IMG/VR virus record: IMGVR_UViG_3300012920_000029
Span: 8,428 to 72,427 of that record
Strand: one strand, 5' to 3'
Source of the DNA: a virus
Length of the DNA: 64,000 nucleotides
Under the pieces are notes generated by a model. The model did no database searches, was not told the DNA's origin, and was given only the letters and a program-made list of their open reading frames with translations. Of this stretch, positions 29,891-38,393 are shown one piece after another. Numbering within the stretch: the stretch's first letter is position 1; each line of letters starts with the position of its first letter. Made by a program: the position numbers and the translations under genes.

Positions 29891-30871
29891 ATGATCGATC
29901 AAAATAATGATGTGACATTCAGCCACTTGAAAACAATTCTAGAAGACATGCCTCAAATACGTGAGCATATTAAAGAAGCTCAAGTAGGTGAGGAAGTCCG
30001 TGAAAAAACTAGTAACAGTGCGTTTGCGGATACCTACAATCGCAGGTTCCCCGTAGCTTCGAAAGCAGACGCAATACTGTCAAAAGCTTATGCCACAAAA
30101 GTGGCAAATCTTGCGCCAGAAATCATGAATAAAATAGATGTTGCACTTAAAATTTATGATGTTCCCAATAGTATATTTGAAACTCAAAAAATAGCTTATG
30201 CTACCGAAGAACCTGACTATCTATTAGAGGCTCAACAAAAATTACCTTTGTACAAAAATACTATTACTAAAACAGCTGAATACTACTTACATAAAAATGC
30301 ACATAAATTAAGGCCTAATACTCTTTCTAGTGCTGCAGTAAAATTAGTAAAACACGCATCGTCTAGAGACGAAGAAGTTTCTACAGAAACTCTCAAGTAT
30401 GCTGGGTTAGTACAATCTAACTTAGAAGAAGCAACTAACTGGATAGAAGCTAGGGCACATAAAGTAGATAACCCTAAATATGCAGAAGCATATACTAAGT
30501 TAGCTAACGTAGTAAGTAGCCTTGATACTGAGACCAGTAGAGATCAATTAATTAAAGTTTCTAACACCTTGGAAAATTTAGACACTCTTAGTGGTCTAGA
30601 TGTTTACTACCACAAATATTTACCTGACTCAGTAAGCACTATTTTTAACACTAAAATAGCTATGGCACCTTCAGTAGACATGTCTGGTAAGCAAATAGGG
30701 TTAGAAAAATTACTAGCAGTAGACCCTTCTGTATACGGAGACATCTTAGGTTCTGATATAGTTGAGGAGATTACGGAAAACGGTGAGTTAGACAGTCAAA
30801 AACTTATTGAGGTATTTGAGACTTTACCCGCAGATATGAAAGCACTGTTAGTGGAGAAATTATCTCTATGA
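29891..30871 (+). CDS. Putative virion/head protein with repeated K-x-A motifs
   Basis: 326 aa; AFADTYNRRFP; KVA, KIA, KTA, KHA, KYA, KLA motifs. Confidence 0.55.
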   Translation: MIDQNNDVTFSHLKTILEDMPQIREHIKEAQVGEEVREKTSNSAFADTYNRRFPVASKADAILSKAYATKVANLAPEIMNKIDVALKIYDVPNSIFETQKIAYATEEPDYLLEAQQKLPLYKNTITKTAEYYLHKNAHKLRPNTLSSAAVKLVKHASSRDEEVSTETLKYAGLVQSNLEEATNWIEARAHKVDNPKYAEAYTKLANVVSSLDTETSRDQLIKVSNTLENLDTLSGLDVYYHKYLPDSVSTIFNTKIAMAPSVDMSGKQIGLEKLLAVDPSVYGDILGSDIVEEITENGELDSQKLIEVFETLPADMKALLVEKLSL

Positions 30872-31512
30872 TAGGTTCTGTAAAAAGCTCTTATAACAAT
30901 GAAGTTAAAGCTAAGGAGCTATTGTCTAGTGACATGTTTATACCAGCTACGGCTTTAGTTATCTCTGCAGATATAATAACTAGCGGTAATTTTTTTGCTT
31001 GGGAAATTGAGACTACGTTTGACTTCTTAGAAGAAGAAAATTGCTTACCCGAGCCCAAGAATCGGGATAGACTTATGGGAGCCATGTCTATATTGCTAAA
31101 TCCAGCTTTTCTATGGGACGCTGGGGCTTTTATGGCAGTAAGCCAAACCTTCAACGGAGTCTTAGCGGTACCTGAAATTTGGGAGCCTCTAACACCCGCT
31201 AATGTGGCCTACACTCTAGACGAGATAGAGGCTGTTTACAAAGTATATAATAACACTAAGAAATTAGATCCCCTATATGCAGAGGAACCTAAGATATTCA
31301 TGGCCGCTTGTTGTAAGGAGCATGGGGTATCCGTACTTCCTAAAGAGCTTATGTTATGTAAAGACCAGTTTCACAGGTTGTATGACTTACCAGAAGACAT
31401 ACCAGATATAGTAAGCAATCCAATATTAGAACGTAAGTTAAAAGAAATAACTACTTATATACAGAAATTAACCCAACTAAGAGCAAACTTAGTTTCAAAG
31501 CTAAAAAAATAG
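30868..31512 (+). CDS. Hypothetical protein
   Basis: 214 aa, ATGA coupling. Confidence 0.55.
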   Translation: MIGSVKSSYNNEVKAKELLSSDMFIPATALVISADIITSGNFFAWEIETTFDFLEEENCLPEPKNRDRLMGAMSILLNPAFLWDAGAFMAVSQTFNGVLAVPEIWEPLTPANVAYTLDEIEAVYKVYNNTKKLDPLYAEEPKIFMAACCKEHGVSVLPKELMLCKDQFHRLYDLPEDIPDIVSNPILERKLKEITTYIQKLTQLRANLVSKLKK

Positions 31513-31559
31513 ACACGAATGCTCCTAATATAAAGTATCTATTTTTTAGTAAATAGTTA

Positions 31560-31754
31560 CTAGCGTTTGAAGTTTAGCAAGGCTTTCATTGCCTCGTTTT
31601 CCATCTCTCTACGCCATTTTCTATCTTCTTCTAGCGCTTTTATTTTTTCCCTTAGTTTCTCAAGTAAGGGATTATAGGTGCCTCTCCAAAAATTTCCATC
31701 GGAGAAGTCCTCCTGATCTCGTATAGCTTTAGCTAATGCTTCTAACTCCTCCAT
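31560..31754 (-). CDS. Small hypothetical protein
   Basis: 64 aa directly downstream of the AAA ATPase. Confidence 0.45.
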   Translation of the reverse strand: MEELEALAKAIRDQEDFSDGNFWRGTYNPLLEKLREKIKALEEDRKWRREMENEAMKALLNFKR

Positions 31755-31764
31755 CCTTTAGCCT

Positions 31765-32922
31765 TTAGCCTTTAATTATGCTCTTAATTTCTGGGAAGAT
31801 CTCGGTGTTCCAGCCGTCCTTCTTAGACATTACTCCCAAAAGTAAGCGATAATAATTACCGTCTGTATTAACCTTGAACTTGTTAAGTTCGTGCATAAAT
31901 TTCATTTTATGCTCTGCACTCAACTCAGCCCAGAATTTAACTACATTGGTAGCTGTAGTTTCTGTATCGGGCTGATTATCCATTACGAACATAGCTACTG
32001 ATGTAGTTAGTCGAGACACTAGATCTGCTCGACCCTCACGCTCCATCTTTTCTATGATAGGTTTAGCTTTGCTAGTGTAGGCAGTAACTACTACCTTAGG
32101 AGGTAGTTTGTACTCACTATCTTCTGTAAAGCTTACAAAGTCGCTAGCCATGTCATAATTCAAATAGCCTGCTAGGATAGAGGCATCTAGTAGGCCTCCG
32201 TTAGCGTGGAGGAAGTTCGAAACCTCATGCCATACCGCAGGGTTTCCGTAGATTTTGCCAGCATTACGAGCTTTTTCGTCCATTAGCGCATCTACGTTAC
32301 TCTCGATGTATTCTATCACATATTTGTGCATGTCTACCTTACGAGCATATTTAAGCCATCCGCTCACAGAATGTACAGCATAGTAGTGCTTGAGACGACG
32401 TCGCCAAGCAAAGTCAGACATAATGTCTTTAACAGCGTAGTCTCCGTTGTCTGGATTACAGGCGGCCATTAGGTAGCAGTTTTCAGGTAGTGGGTGTCCG
32501 TGTAACCGACGCTCAGTCAGGATATTAAACATGATAGTAGACACCGCTTCACTGGCGCGGGTTACTTCGTCCAGGAATAGTACGCTAGGCTTTCCTAGTT
32601 TCCCGGCTTCGAAAATAGGTTTGATCCATTCTGGCAACTTCATGCCAAAGTATTTAGGATCCTCATCATCAGCGAAAGGAATACCTAAGTCCTCTGGCTG
32701 ACATTCGCTCATAGTTTTTGCTACGAAGGCATGTGCCTTTAACCGTTCTGCTATTTGATGGCAAATAGCAGTTTTGCCAATACCTGAGTCGCCGTGTAGG
32801 CAAGGAACTCCCCCACTCAAGCACACCCTAATGATGGTGTTAGCGGCATTAGAAATAGGCACTGTTGTAATCCCAAGTTTGTTAGTGTACTTTGTTATAG
32901 TAGAATCTGTTTGATTTGTCAT
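31765..32922 (-). CDS. MoxR-like AAA+ ATPase
   Basis: Walker A GDSGIGKT, Walker B LFLDEVTR, AACNP, AWRRR; GAGGAG RBS before the ATG at 32922. Confidence 0.85.
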   Translation of the reverse strand: MTNQTDSTITKYTNKLGITTVPISNAANTIIRVCLSGGVPCLHGDSGIGKTAICHQIAERLKAHAFVAKTMSECQPEDLGIPFADDEDPKYFGMKLPEWIKPIFEAGKLGKPSVLFLDEVTRASEAVSTIMFNILTERRLHGHPLPENCYLMAACNPDNGDYAVKDIMSDFAWRRRLKHYYAVHSVSGWLKYARKVDMHKYVIEYIESNVDALMDEKARNAGKIYGNPAVWHEVSNFLHANGGLLDASILAGYLNYDMASDFVSFTEDSEYKLPPKVVVTAYTSKAKPIIEKMEREGRADLVSRLTTSVAMFVMDNQPDTETTATNVVKFWAELSAEHKMKFMHELNKFKVNTDGNYYRLLLGVMSKKDGWNTEIFPEIKSIIKG

Positions 32923-32932
32923 AGGACTCCTC

Positions 32933-34447
32933 ATGTTAATGATTAATAGAAAACAACTAGCTGAAGCTAGTCTTGAACTAGACGGAGATAGATTCTCCTT
33001 AAATGACTACCCTTTCTACCACGCTTTATACAAAGGTGAATGGCCTAGTACATTGCTTATGTGCGGTAGGCAAGTGGGTAAGTCGGTTAGTGCAGCCGCA
33101 TTTAGTGTATGTGAAAGTGTGGCTATACCTCACTTCAAAACACTATATATAGCACCTACTCTTAAGCAAACCAGTACTTTTAGTAATACCCGTGTTTCTA
33201 AATTAGTGCGCCATAGCCCCGGTATCAAAGCTTTGATGGGGGCCGTTACCTCGGACAATGTATTTCTCAAAGTCCTAGGCAATGGTAGCGAGTTAATATT
33301 TAACTACGCCTCCGACGACCCTGATCGGGTTCGGGGAATCTCTGCAGACCGTGTCATATACGACGAGGTGCAGGACATAGATTATGACGCTGTAGTACCT
33401 GTAGTTAACGAGTGTTTAGCCAACTCTAAGTATGGCTTCGTTAGCTACATGGGTACTCCAAAAACACAAGAGAATACTATTCAATTTATTTGGGACAACT
33501 CATCCCAGAGCGAGTGGTGCGTTAAATGCGACGCTTGCAGTAAGTACTCTTTTTATAGAACAGTGGACGGAGTAGGTAAAACAGGACCTATTTGTTTGCA
33601 CTGCAAAAAAAATGTAGACCCTCGTAACGGTATGTGGGTAGACATGAAGAAAGAGTATTACACTAAGGCCTTCCATGTGCCTCAGATAATTCTTCCTGCC
33701 AATGCTGAGCATGGAAACCGTTGGGAGAGGATTCTAAATAAACTAGATACCTACTCTGATACCAAGTTCAAGAACGAGGTATTAGGGGTAAGCGATAGCG
33801 TAGGTTCAAGGTTAATCTCTATGGAAGAATTGCATAGAGCCTGTAAATCTAGGCAGTCCGCTTCGGGGTTTGTTTGCGGAGGTGTAGACTGGTCTGGAGG
33901 TGGATCTAAAGGTCTTAGCCGAACCGTCTCTTGGGTATTCTCTCGATCTCCGGGTGGCAAGTTCGTGTGCCATCATTATCATATCTACAAGGACGTTAAT
34001 CCCGTGGATGCTGTAGATAGAATCGCCCAGACCTTCAGAGACCATCAGGTAGCTCTAGTCATGGGAGACGCTGGGGAAGGAGCCTTAGCTAATAGTCTGT
34101 TGACCAAGAAGCTTATGGGAACTCCAGTTTACCAGTGCCAGTACGGCTCTAGTTCCAAACCCCTGAAGTGGAATGGAGTTGACCGGTATCTTGTAGATAG
34201 GACTACTCTTATCGATTGCTTCTTTTTAGACATCAAGCAAGGTAGAATTCAATTCTTATCCCAGTCTGAGATGAAAGAGGCCTTCGACGATTTTCTAGCT
34301 TTGTACGAAGAAGTCATGCCTTCAGGTAAGAAGGTGTGGCGTCACTCTCCCAACTCTCCAGATGACTGTCTCCATGCGGCAGTGTTTTCATGGGCTGCGT
34401 GTAAGATATTAACCCATGATTTATCCTTCTACCATAAGGATTCTTAG
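32933..34447 (+). CDS. terL: Terminase large subunit
   Basis: Walker A GRQVGKS, Walker B YDEVQD, GTP coupling motif, Zn ribbon CDAC...CLHC, nuclease GVDWSGGG and PDDCLHA. Confidence 0.85.
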   Translation: MLMINRKQLAEASLELDGDRFSLNDYPFYHALYKGEWPSTLLMCGRQVGKSVSAAAFSVCESVAIPHFKTLYIAPTLKQTSTFSNTRVSKLVRHSPGIKALMGAVTSDNVFLKVLGNGSELIFNYASDDPDRVRGISADRVIYDEVQDIDYDAVVPVVNECLANSKYGFVSYMGTPKTQENTIQFIWDNSSQSEWCVKCDACSKYSFYRTVDGVGKTGPICLHCKKNVDPRNGMWVDMKKEYYTKAFHVPQIILPANAEHGNRWERILNKLDTYSDTKFKNEVLGVSDSVGSRLISMEELHRACKSRQSASGFVCGGVDWSGGGSKGLSRTVSWVFSRSPGGKFVCHHYHIYKDVNPVDAVDRIAQTFRDHQVALVMGDAGEGALANSLLTKKLMGTPVYQCQYGSSSKPLKWNGVDRYLVDRTTLIDCFFLDIKQGRIQFLSQSEMKEAFDDFLALYEEVMPSGKKVWRHSPNSPDDCLHAAVFSWAACKILTHDLSFYHKDS

Positions 34448-34456
34448 TTTCCGCTT

Positions 34457-34591
34457 CTACTAGTCCAAGATGACCATCCCGGTAACCATGCTCCGTGGCC
34501 TCTGTAGCGAAGCGGAGAGGCCTGGTGCGTTGGTGCTAGCTTATAGTACGTAAGAGTATCTCTTACCAAGCTAACCAATAGCGACTAGTAG
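34457..34591 (-). ncRNA. Retron-like ncRNA unit 1
   Basis: Arms CTACTAGTC/GACTAGTAG; hairpin GTAAGAG-TAT-CTCTTAC 34550-34566; GCGAAGC 34507-34513; candidate branch G at 34582 (- strand). Confidence 0.7.
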
Positions 34592-34600
34592 TTTTTTTTA

Positions 34601-34716
34601 CTTAGTCCAAGAATTTTCCCAGGCACGCTGCGCAGGCTTTGCGAAGCAAAGCAAGCGAGGCGTCAAGCATTTTGAGTTTAGGAGTAGCTCCTAAGTATGC
34701 TTGTTTAGCGACTAAG
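34601..34716 (-). ncRNA. Retron-like ncRNA unit 2
   Basis: Arms CTTAGTC/GACTAAG; hairpin TTAGGAG-TAG-CTCCTAA 34678-34694; GCTTTGC-GAA-GCAAAGC; candidate branch G at 34709. Confidence 0.7.
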
Positions 34717-34718
34717 CT

Positions 34719-34864
34719 AACATTTACTAGTCCAAGATATCGTCCTGGTTCCGGCGACGCAAGGTTGCTGTAGCGAAGCGAAAGCACCTGACGCGCCTGG
34801 AAGTCAGCTTGTTGCAGGTAAGAGTAACTCTTACTAAGCTAACCAATAGCGACTAGTAAATGTT
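34719..34864 (-). ncRNA. Retron-like ncRNA unit 3
   Basis: 14-bp arms AACATTTACTAGTC/GACTAGTAAATGTT; hairpin GTAAGAG-TAA-CTCTTAC 34818-34834; GCGAAGC 34773-34779; candidate branch G at 34850. Confidence 0.7.
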
Positions 34865-34978
34865 CCTAGACCAAGAGAGCCACAGCCTGAGCTGGGGACC
34901 CCATTCCAGCTACGCTGGAAAAAAAGAAGGTATAGGTGAAGTTAGTAACTAACTTCCAACCCTCTCAAAGCGTCTAGG
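34865..34978 (-). ncRNA. Retron-like ncRNA unit 4
   Basis: Arms CCTAGAC/GTCTAGG; hairpin GAAGTTAG-TAA-CTAACTTC 34938-34956; TTCCAGC-TAC-GCTGGAA; candidate branch G at 34971. Confidence 0.65.
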
Positions 34979-34982
34979 TTGT

Positions 34983-35079
34983 GCACAAACCAAGTGGGCG
35001 AGACCTCGAATTCAGGACTCGGTCCGCAACTTGTGTGCAGTAGTATCTTCTGCCATGCTTACCGCATGAGCGTTTGTGC
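34983..35079 (-). ncRNA. Retron-like ncRNA unit 5
   Basis: Arms GCACAAAC/GTTTGTGC; hairpin GCAGTAG-TAT-CTTCTGC (one mismatch); CAAGT...ACTTG stem; candidate branch G at 35071. Confidence 0.65.
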
Positions 35080-35183
35080 GCACAAACCAAGAGATTGCGA
35101 GCTCTGCAGCGTGCATCGATCGCAGATCACATCTTGAATGCAGTAGTAGCTACTGCGTATGCTTAACACATAAGCGTTTGTGC
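35080..35183 (-). ncRNA. Retron-like ncRNA unit 6
   Basis: Arms GCACAAAC/GTTTGTGC; hairpin GCAGTAG-TAG-CTACTGC 35140-35156; CAAGA...TCTTG stem; candidate branch G at 35175. Confidence 0.65.
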
Positions 35184-35321
35184 TAAACCCCCATACCTTT
35201 GCTAGTACAATTAGAGTCCATGCCCAGATAGATCGAACTCTCTTCTTGGGACCTAAGTCCTTGTAGCTGGGAATTTAATTCCCATTAATAGACAAGCTAT
35301 TAGCATAGGTATAGGAGCAAG

Positions 35322-35349
35322 TACTTATACCACGTTTTGTTTCATTTTT
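35322..35349 (-). promoter_or_regulatory. Candidate promoter for the ncRNA array (AAAAT-N10-GTGGTATAAGTA)
   Basis: Same 12-mer as at 48011-48022; extended -10-like TGGTATAAG; points into the array. Confidence 0.55.
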
Positions 35350-38300
35350 GCGCAGTATGCTTCTATACTATATTTAGCTTCCCCGTAACTAGGCCCTACC
35401 TCTACATCATAGGGTAGAGCTACAGGTACTATAGGGAATTCTTGTTTAATAAAGTCTCTAACCGCAGACTCTAGAAATTTAGGTAACTCCTCTAGCTTAC
35501 TAGCAGGCATTTCGAATACAATACTATCGTGAACTGTTAGTAGTAGCCTACCATTTAGTTCTGATAAACGAGAGTGTAGGTTAATTAGGGTTCTACACAC
35601 TATCTCTGAAGTGAATCCTTGAACTAAGTAGTTAACTCCCTGTCGTTGACAACTACTTCCTACACTACCTCCCATAAATGCTAGAGGAAATCTTCTAGCC
35701 CTGCCTGTAGGTGTTCTTAGTATACCGTCACTTTTTACCTTTCTTTTAGTACCTGAGATATACTCTTCTACTTTAGGAAATCTAGCAAAGAACATATTCA
35801 TTAAGCCTATAGCCTCATCAGGTGTTATCCCTAGTTGCATAGACAATTTGTTTGGTCCGATACAAAATATAAGACCAAATACAATAGCTTTAGCTTGCTG
35901 ACGTAAGGTTACTAGTTTCTTGTCTGCATCTGTTTGAACTACTTTGTCTTTTTGTCTAGCAGTATTTATAGCCTCATAGTCTTGTTCAAAAACTATACTA
36001 GCTACCCAAGAGTGCATATCCAGACCTTTGTTCAAAGCGTCTAGCAATCCCGGATCTCTAGCGTACACTGTTAGCCCCCGGACCTCAGCCCCCGCAAAGT
36101 CCAGGTCCACGACACAAAGTTCTTCATCTACTGACCAACCATACTTAGCACATAACTTTCTCTCTACTTCATTCGCTGTAGAACTAGTGTCTGTAGGTAC
36201 AAAAGCTTTTTTAATAGGTACTCCAGCTATTGTAGGGGGTTGGTTCTGTAAGTTAGGATTACTTGAGGACAGTCTGCCGGTGGCTGTTCCATTAGCATTA
36301 GTATTACCATGTACTCTACCATCGTAACTACTCAGTAAGAGTAAGTTATCTAGGTAGGTAGCTCTACCTTTAGCCGCCGATCTGTAATCTAGTATTGTTT
36401 GAGCTATAGGATTTGTTTTTGCCCACTCAGCCAATACCTCATTACTACAGCTATGCGCTCCTGTTTCTGTCTTTTTTAGACTGGGCATGCCATAACCAGC
36501 AATCATAATATTAGCTAAGTCTGAAGGATTGTTTAAAACAATATTTTCTCTAGGCCTAGCTAAGTCATTACTTATTTTATCTAGTAAATCGCCTTTTAAC
36601 TTCAGTTCTCGATCTTTTAAAATAGCACTTTGCTCTATTAAGTAGGCCCTATCTATCCTAACACCTTCCACTTGCATATCACTTAATACCTCAGTGAGGG
36701 GTATATAGTGCTTAGACATTAAGTTCATCATAAAATCCCTACCCTCAGCATCGGCCTTAGATTTAGGATCTTCTCTCCAAGCCTTAATTCGTTGCATAGA
36801 GCTCAATCGATAGGTCAAGTCTGCGTCTATAGCGGCATAAGGTATCATTATATTAGGATCTACCATTTCAAAGGTCACTTTTTCGTGATAAGGATCTATC
36901 CTACTTTTACCTGTAATGTTAGAGAACTCTGTTCTTAGTATCTTAGATACTGAATTCTTTACCTTCTTAATATATTTAGCCCTGTTTGATAGCATAGCTA
37001 GAGTAGCTTCTATTACCATTTTTTGATTAGCAGGAGTAGATTTAAGCCTATTCATCTTTTTTAACTTTTTAGAAGTCTCCTTAATGTCTTCTAGCTCAGA
37101 CTCTAAGTCATCAGAACCTAAGGGACTTAACGACTTTCTACTACCAATAGTATTAGTCATAGCTTTACTGAGTAAATCTGCCTCAATATTACTAGATACT
37201 GAGTTAAGCTGATCCACTAAAGGTTCTTCGTATTTCGCTAGCGAAGGATAGTGTTCTAAGACTACTTTCTTTAGACTGTATAATCCTTTCTTATCCTCAT
37301 CTAGCATATGCTCTGCTAACATACCATCCCATCTAGTATTATTTACAGGGTTAGAAAAGATATCTTCTAGGGGCTTGCCAACTACTTCTTCTATAATACC
37401 TTTAAGGCCTAAGTGCTGGGATATAGCCTGCTTAGTTTGCCTTACTAGTATATGTTTAGCAATTCCGTAGTCGAATTTATAGTTCCACCAAGTTTTAGCA
37501 TGAGGTGACTGTAGTAGCTTCCATATATAAGGTATGATACCTCCGAAGCTGTAAGGAGCATCTTTATGGAATACGTAGAGAGATAAGGCTTTACCCTCTG
37601 CTACACAGGCGGATATAGCTATTACCTTACCTTCTGAGTTCCATGGAAATAGTGTGGTAGTCTCGAAGTCTAGAGACATCATAGTATTAGCTACAGTTTT
37701 TCCTGGAGAAGAGTACTCACAGTACTCATTTATAATAGCTATAGCATCCTCTAAATCTTTAGGCCTAGGTTTATAAGGTGTAAGAGGAGGCACTATGTCA
37801 TAATTAGCTAGTAGCTCAGGCACATCGATATTATCTAAAGGGTGCCCGAAAGCTATCTTTGCAGCTTTAGCAATGTCTCCGCAAGCCACGTCTACTACTC
37901 CTACCGACTCAAACATTTTGCTTAAACCAAAGGTAGGTAAGACTTTAAAATCTTTTTTTCCAATAGTAACCTCTATAACAGTACCTCGGACATGGCTATG
38001 AAGAGATTTTACACCTAAGAAACTAAGTGCTTTAGGTCCGAAAGCTAATATTGTACTAGCCCCGGAGCTCAGTATCTGGCTATAACCGACATTATCTGCA
38101 CAGGTTCTTAGAAGCTTGACACTGCTATTTACTCTAGAAGCACAGGATACTGCATACATATAGAAACAACTAGCTTTGAGCTTACTGGATAGTCCTGTAG
38201 GATCTACCTTAGCCGCCCTAGTAAGGAGAGATTTCATCATGTCTCCATCTCTACCCGCCAAAGGTACAGTAGCCCAAGGTGGAGGTGAATCCATTAGTAT

Positions 38301-38393
38301 AACTACTGAAGCAGGCTTAGATCCCATCCCAGGTACTAGTATATTCTTATATAACGGGCAGGTTGTACAAGATATTGGTTTTATTATACTCAC
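35325..38393 (-). CDS. polA: Family A DNA polymerase with N-terminal UDG-like domain (SPO1-type) and 3'-5' exonuclease
   Basis: N-terminal CTTCPL UDG-like domain; ExoI LDFETT; TATGRLSSSNPNLQN; motif A DLDFAGAEVR; motif B RQQAKAIVFGLIF; motif C VHDS. Confidence 0.92.
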   Translation of the reverse strand: MSIIKPISCTTCPLYKNILVPGMGSKPASVVILMDSPPPWATVPLAGRDGDMMKSLLTRAAKVDPTGLSSKLKASCFYMYAVSCASRVNSSVKLLRTCADNVGYSQILSSGASTILAFGPKALSFLGVKSLHSHVRGTVIEVTIGKKDFKVLPTFGLSKMFESVGVVDVACGDIAKAAKIAFGHPLDNIDVPELLANYDIVPPLTPYKPRPKDLEDAIAIINEYCEYSSPGKTVANTMMSLDFETTTLFPWNSEGKVIAISACVAEGKALSLYVFHKDAPYSFGGIIPYIWKLLQSPHAKTWWNYKFDYGIAKHILVRQTKQAISQHLGLKGIIEEVVGKPLEDIFSNPVNNTRWDGMLAEHMLDEDKKGLYSLKKVVLEHYPSLAKYEEPLVDQLNSVSSNIEADLLSKAMTNTIGSRKSLSPLGSDDLESELEDIKETSKKLKKMNRLKSTPANQKMVIEATLAMLSNRAKYIKKVKNSVSKILRTEFSNITGKSRIDPYHEKVTFEMVDPNIMIPYAAIDADLTYRLSSMQRIKAWREDPKSKADAEGRDFMMNLMSKHYIPLTEVLSDMQVEGVRIDRAYLIEQSAILKDRELKLKGDLLDKISNDLARPRENIVLNNPSDLANIMIAGYGMPSLKKTETGAHSCSNEVLAEWAKTNPIAQTILDYRSAAKGRATYLDNLLLLSSYDGRVHGNTNANGTATGRLSSSNPNLQNQPPTIAGVPIKKAFVPTDTSSTANEVERKLCAKYGWSVDEELCVVDLDFAGAEVRGLTVYARDPGLLDALNKGLDMHSWVASIVFEQDYEAINTARQKDKVVQTDADKKLVTLRQQAKAIVFGLIFCIGPNKLSMQLGITPDEAIGLMNMFFARFPKVEEYISGTKRKVKSDGILRTPTGRARRFPLAFMGGSVGSSCQRQGVNYLVQGFTSEIVCRTLINLHSRLSELNGRLLLTVHDSIVFEMPASKLEELPKFLESAVRDFIKQEFPIVPVALPYDVEVGPSYGEAKYSIEAYCAKMKQNVV

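Larger units (their letters stand above)
34457..35183 (-). repeat. Tandem array of six structured retron msr-msd-like ncRNA units
   Basis: On the + strand each unit reads arm-CAAG-variable hairpin-(AG-TAN-CT hairpin)-...AGC-complementary arm; no credible ORF in the region. Confidence 0.85.

Noticed and set aside
34550-34599. The region is just a terminator for terL
   Set aside because: A T8 run after unit 1 may terminate + transcription, but that cannot explain six units with co-varying arms and shared internal motifs.
34602-34787. 61-aa ORF on the - strand
   Set aside because: No RBS or motif; it crosses the structured units and is probably spurious.
34457-35183. CRISPR array
   Set aside because: There are no identical direct repeats of constant length with regular spacers; conservation is structural, and no cas1, cas2 or effector genes are in the window.
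34457-35183. tRNA cluster
   Set aside because: Units are 97-146 nt and lack recognisable D-loop, T-loop and anticodon cloverleaf geometry.
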